NCBI GenBank assembly: GCA_037917675.1
Contig: JAVCBW010000034.1
Span: forward strand, 32,001-96,000
Direction of reading: 5' to 3'
Origin: Thermoproteota archaeon
GTDB lineage: Archaea; Korarchaeota; Korarchaeia; B14-G2
DNA length: 64,000 nt
The notes under the pieces were generated by a model. That model searched no databases. It was not told where the DNA came from and was given only the letters and a program-made list of their open reading frames with translations. Position numbers and translations under genes: made by a program. Positions 63,538 to 64,000 of this stretch are shown piece after piece (position 1 is the first letter of the stretch; the number at the start of each line of letters is the position of its first letter).

Positions 63538-64000
63538 CTGGAGCTCAAGGTAGGGTGCTGCGGCTTCCCTGTATCGAGAAGCAAATACTTCAAGCATATG
63601 AGGGTAGTTGAGGTGCAGTCCACATTCTACAAGCTCCCCAGGGTAAGCACTGCAGAGAAGTGGAGGAGAGAAGCTCCAGAGGGCTTCGAGTATACAGCAA
63701 AAGCATGGCAGCCCATGACACACCCCCCAACATCTCCTACTTGGAGGAAGGCTAAGCTCAAGCTCCTAGGGAGCCCTGACGCATACGGCCACCTGAAGCC
63801 TACAAGAGAGAACTTAGAGGCATGGGATGAGGCGAGAGAGGTCTATAAGGCTATGGGATGCAGGATAGTGGTCTTCCAGTGTCCACCGACCTTCAAGATG
63901 ACAGAGCAGTCCATAAGGGATATGAGAGAGTTCTTCCAGGCTATAGCAGGAGAGCTCAAGCTGGCTTGGGAGCCTAGGCATGAGAGCTGGCATAGCAGCC
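63538..64000 (+). CDS. DUF72 (YecE) family protein, truncated by the window end; apparent CTG start
   Basis: ELKVGCCGF..VEVQSTFY..EKWRREAPEGFEYTAKAWQ..TH..FQCPPTF..AWEPRH; GGGGT SD before CTG. Confidence 0.85.
   Translation, partial: MELKVGCCGFPVSRSKYFKHMRVVEVQSTFYKLPRVSTAEKWRREAPEGFEYTAKAWQPMTHPPTSPTWRKAKLKLLGSPDAYGHLKPTRENLEAWDEAREVYKAMGCRIVVFQCPPTFKMTEQSIRDMREFFQAIAGELKLAWEPRHESWHSS

Overview
Gene-dense archaeal chromosome segment. It has TTTAAA-type TATA boxes, GGTG/GGAGG SD motifs, frequent TTG/GTG starts, an intron-containing tRNA and a C/D-box sRNA; the style suggests an anaerobic Thermoproteota/TACK-type organism (inference). Contents: a radical SAM/NifX/Mrp block; an hdrA-mvhD-hdrC-hdrB operon; a wHTH-PfkB gene divergent from an ECF S-component and an E1 alpha/beta pair; ccdA/tlpA; a GPN GTPase; CDC48; sufCB; an orange-protein-like NifX/MinD-ferredoxin cluster with extremely Trp-rich small proteins; hydantoinase A/B; htpX; a frameshifted ADP-forming acyl-CoA synthetase; a nurA/HAS-barrel/herA/mre11/rad50 operon; thyX; gyaR; and CBS proteins. 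The most striking locus is a histidine-centred region (15.8-24.5 kb): hutU, hutH with a large insertion, tRNA-His(GUG) with a T-loop intron, a candidate His-codon leader peptide, an enlarged HisRS, and a translationally coupled, divergent EF-1alpha paralog that lacks the catalytic His and has a remodelled aminoacyl pocket. Other signals read directly from the DNA: a shared TGTGC-N4-GCACA dyad at identical spacing after two TATA boxes, two further promoter dyads, and small ORFs missed by the ORF track. No CRISPR array, rRNA or transposase was seen. All family calls come from motif recognition by eye, not database searches.
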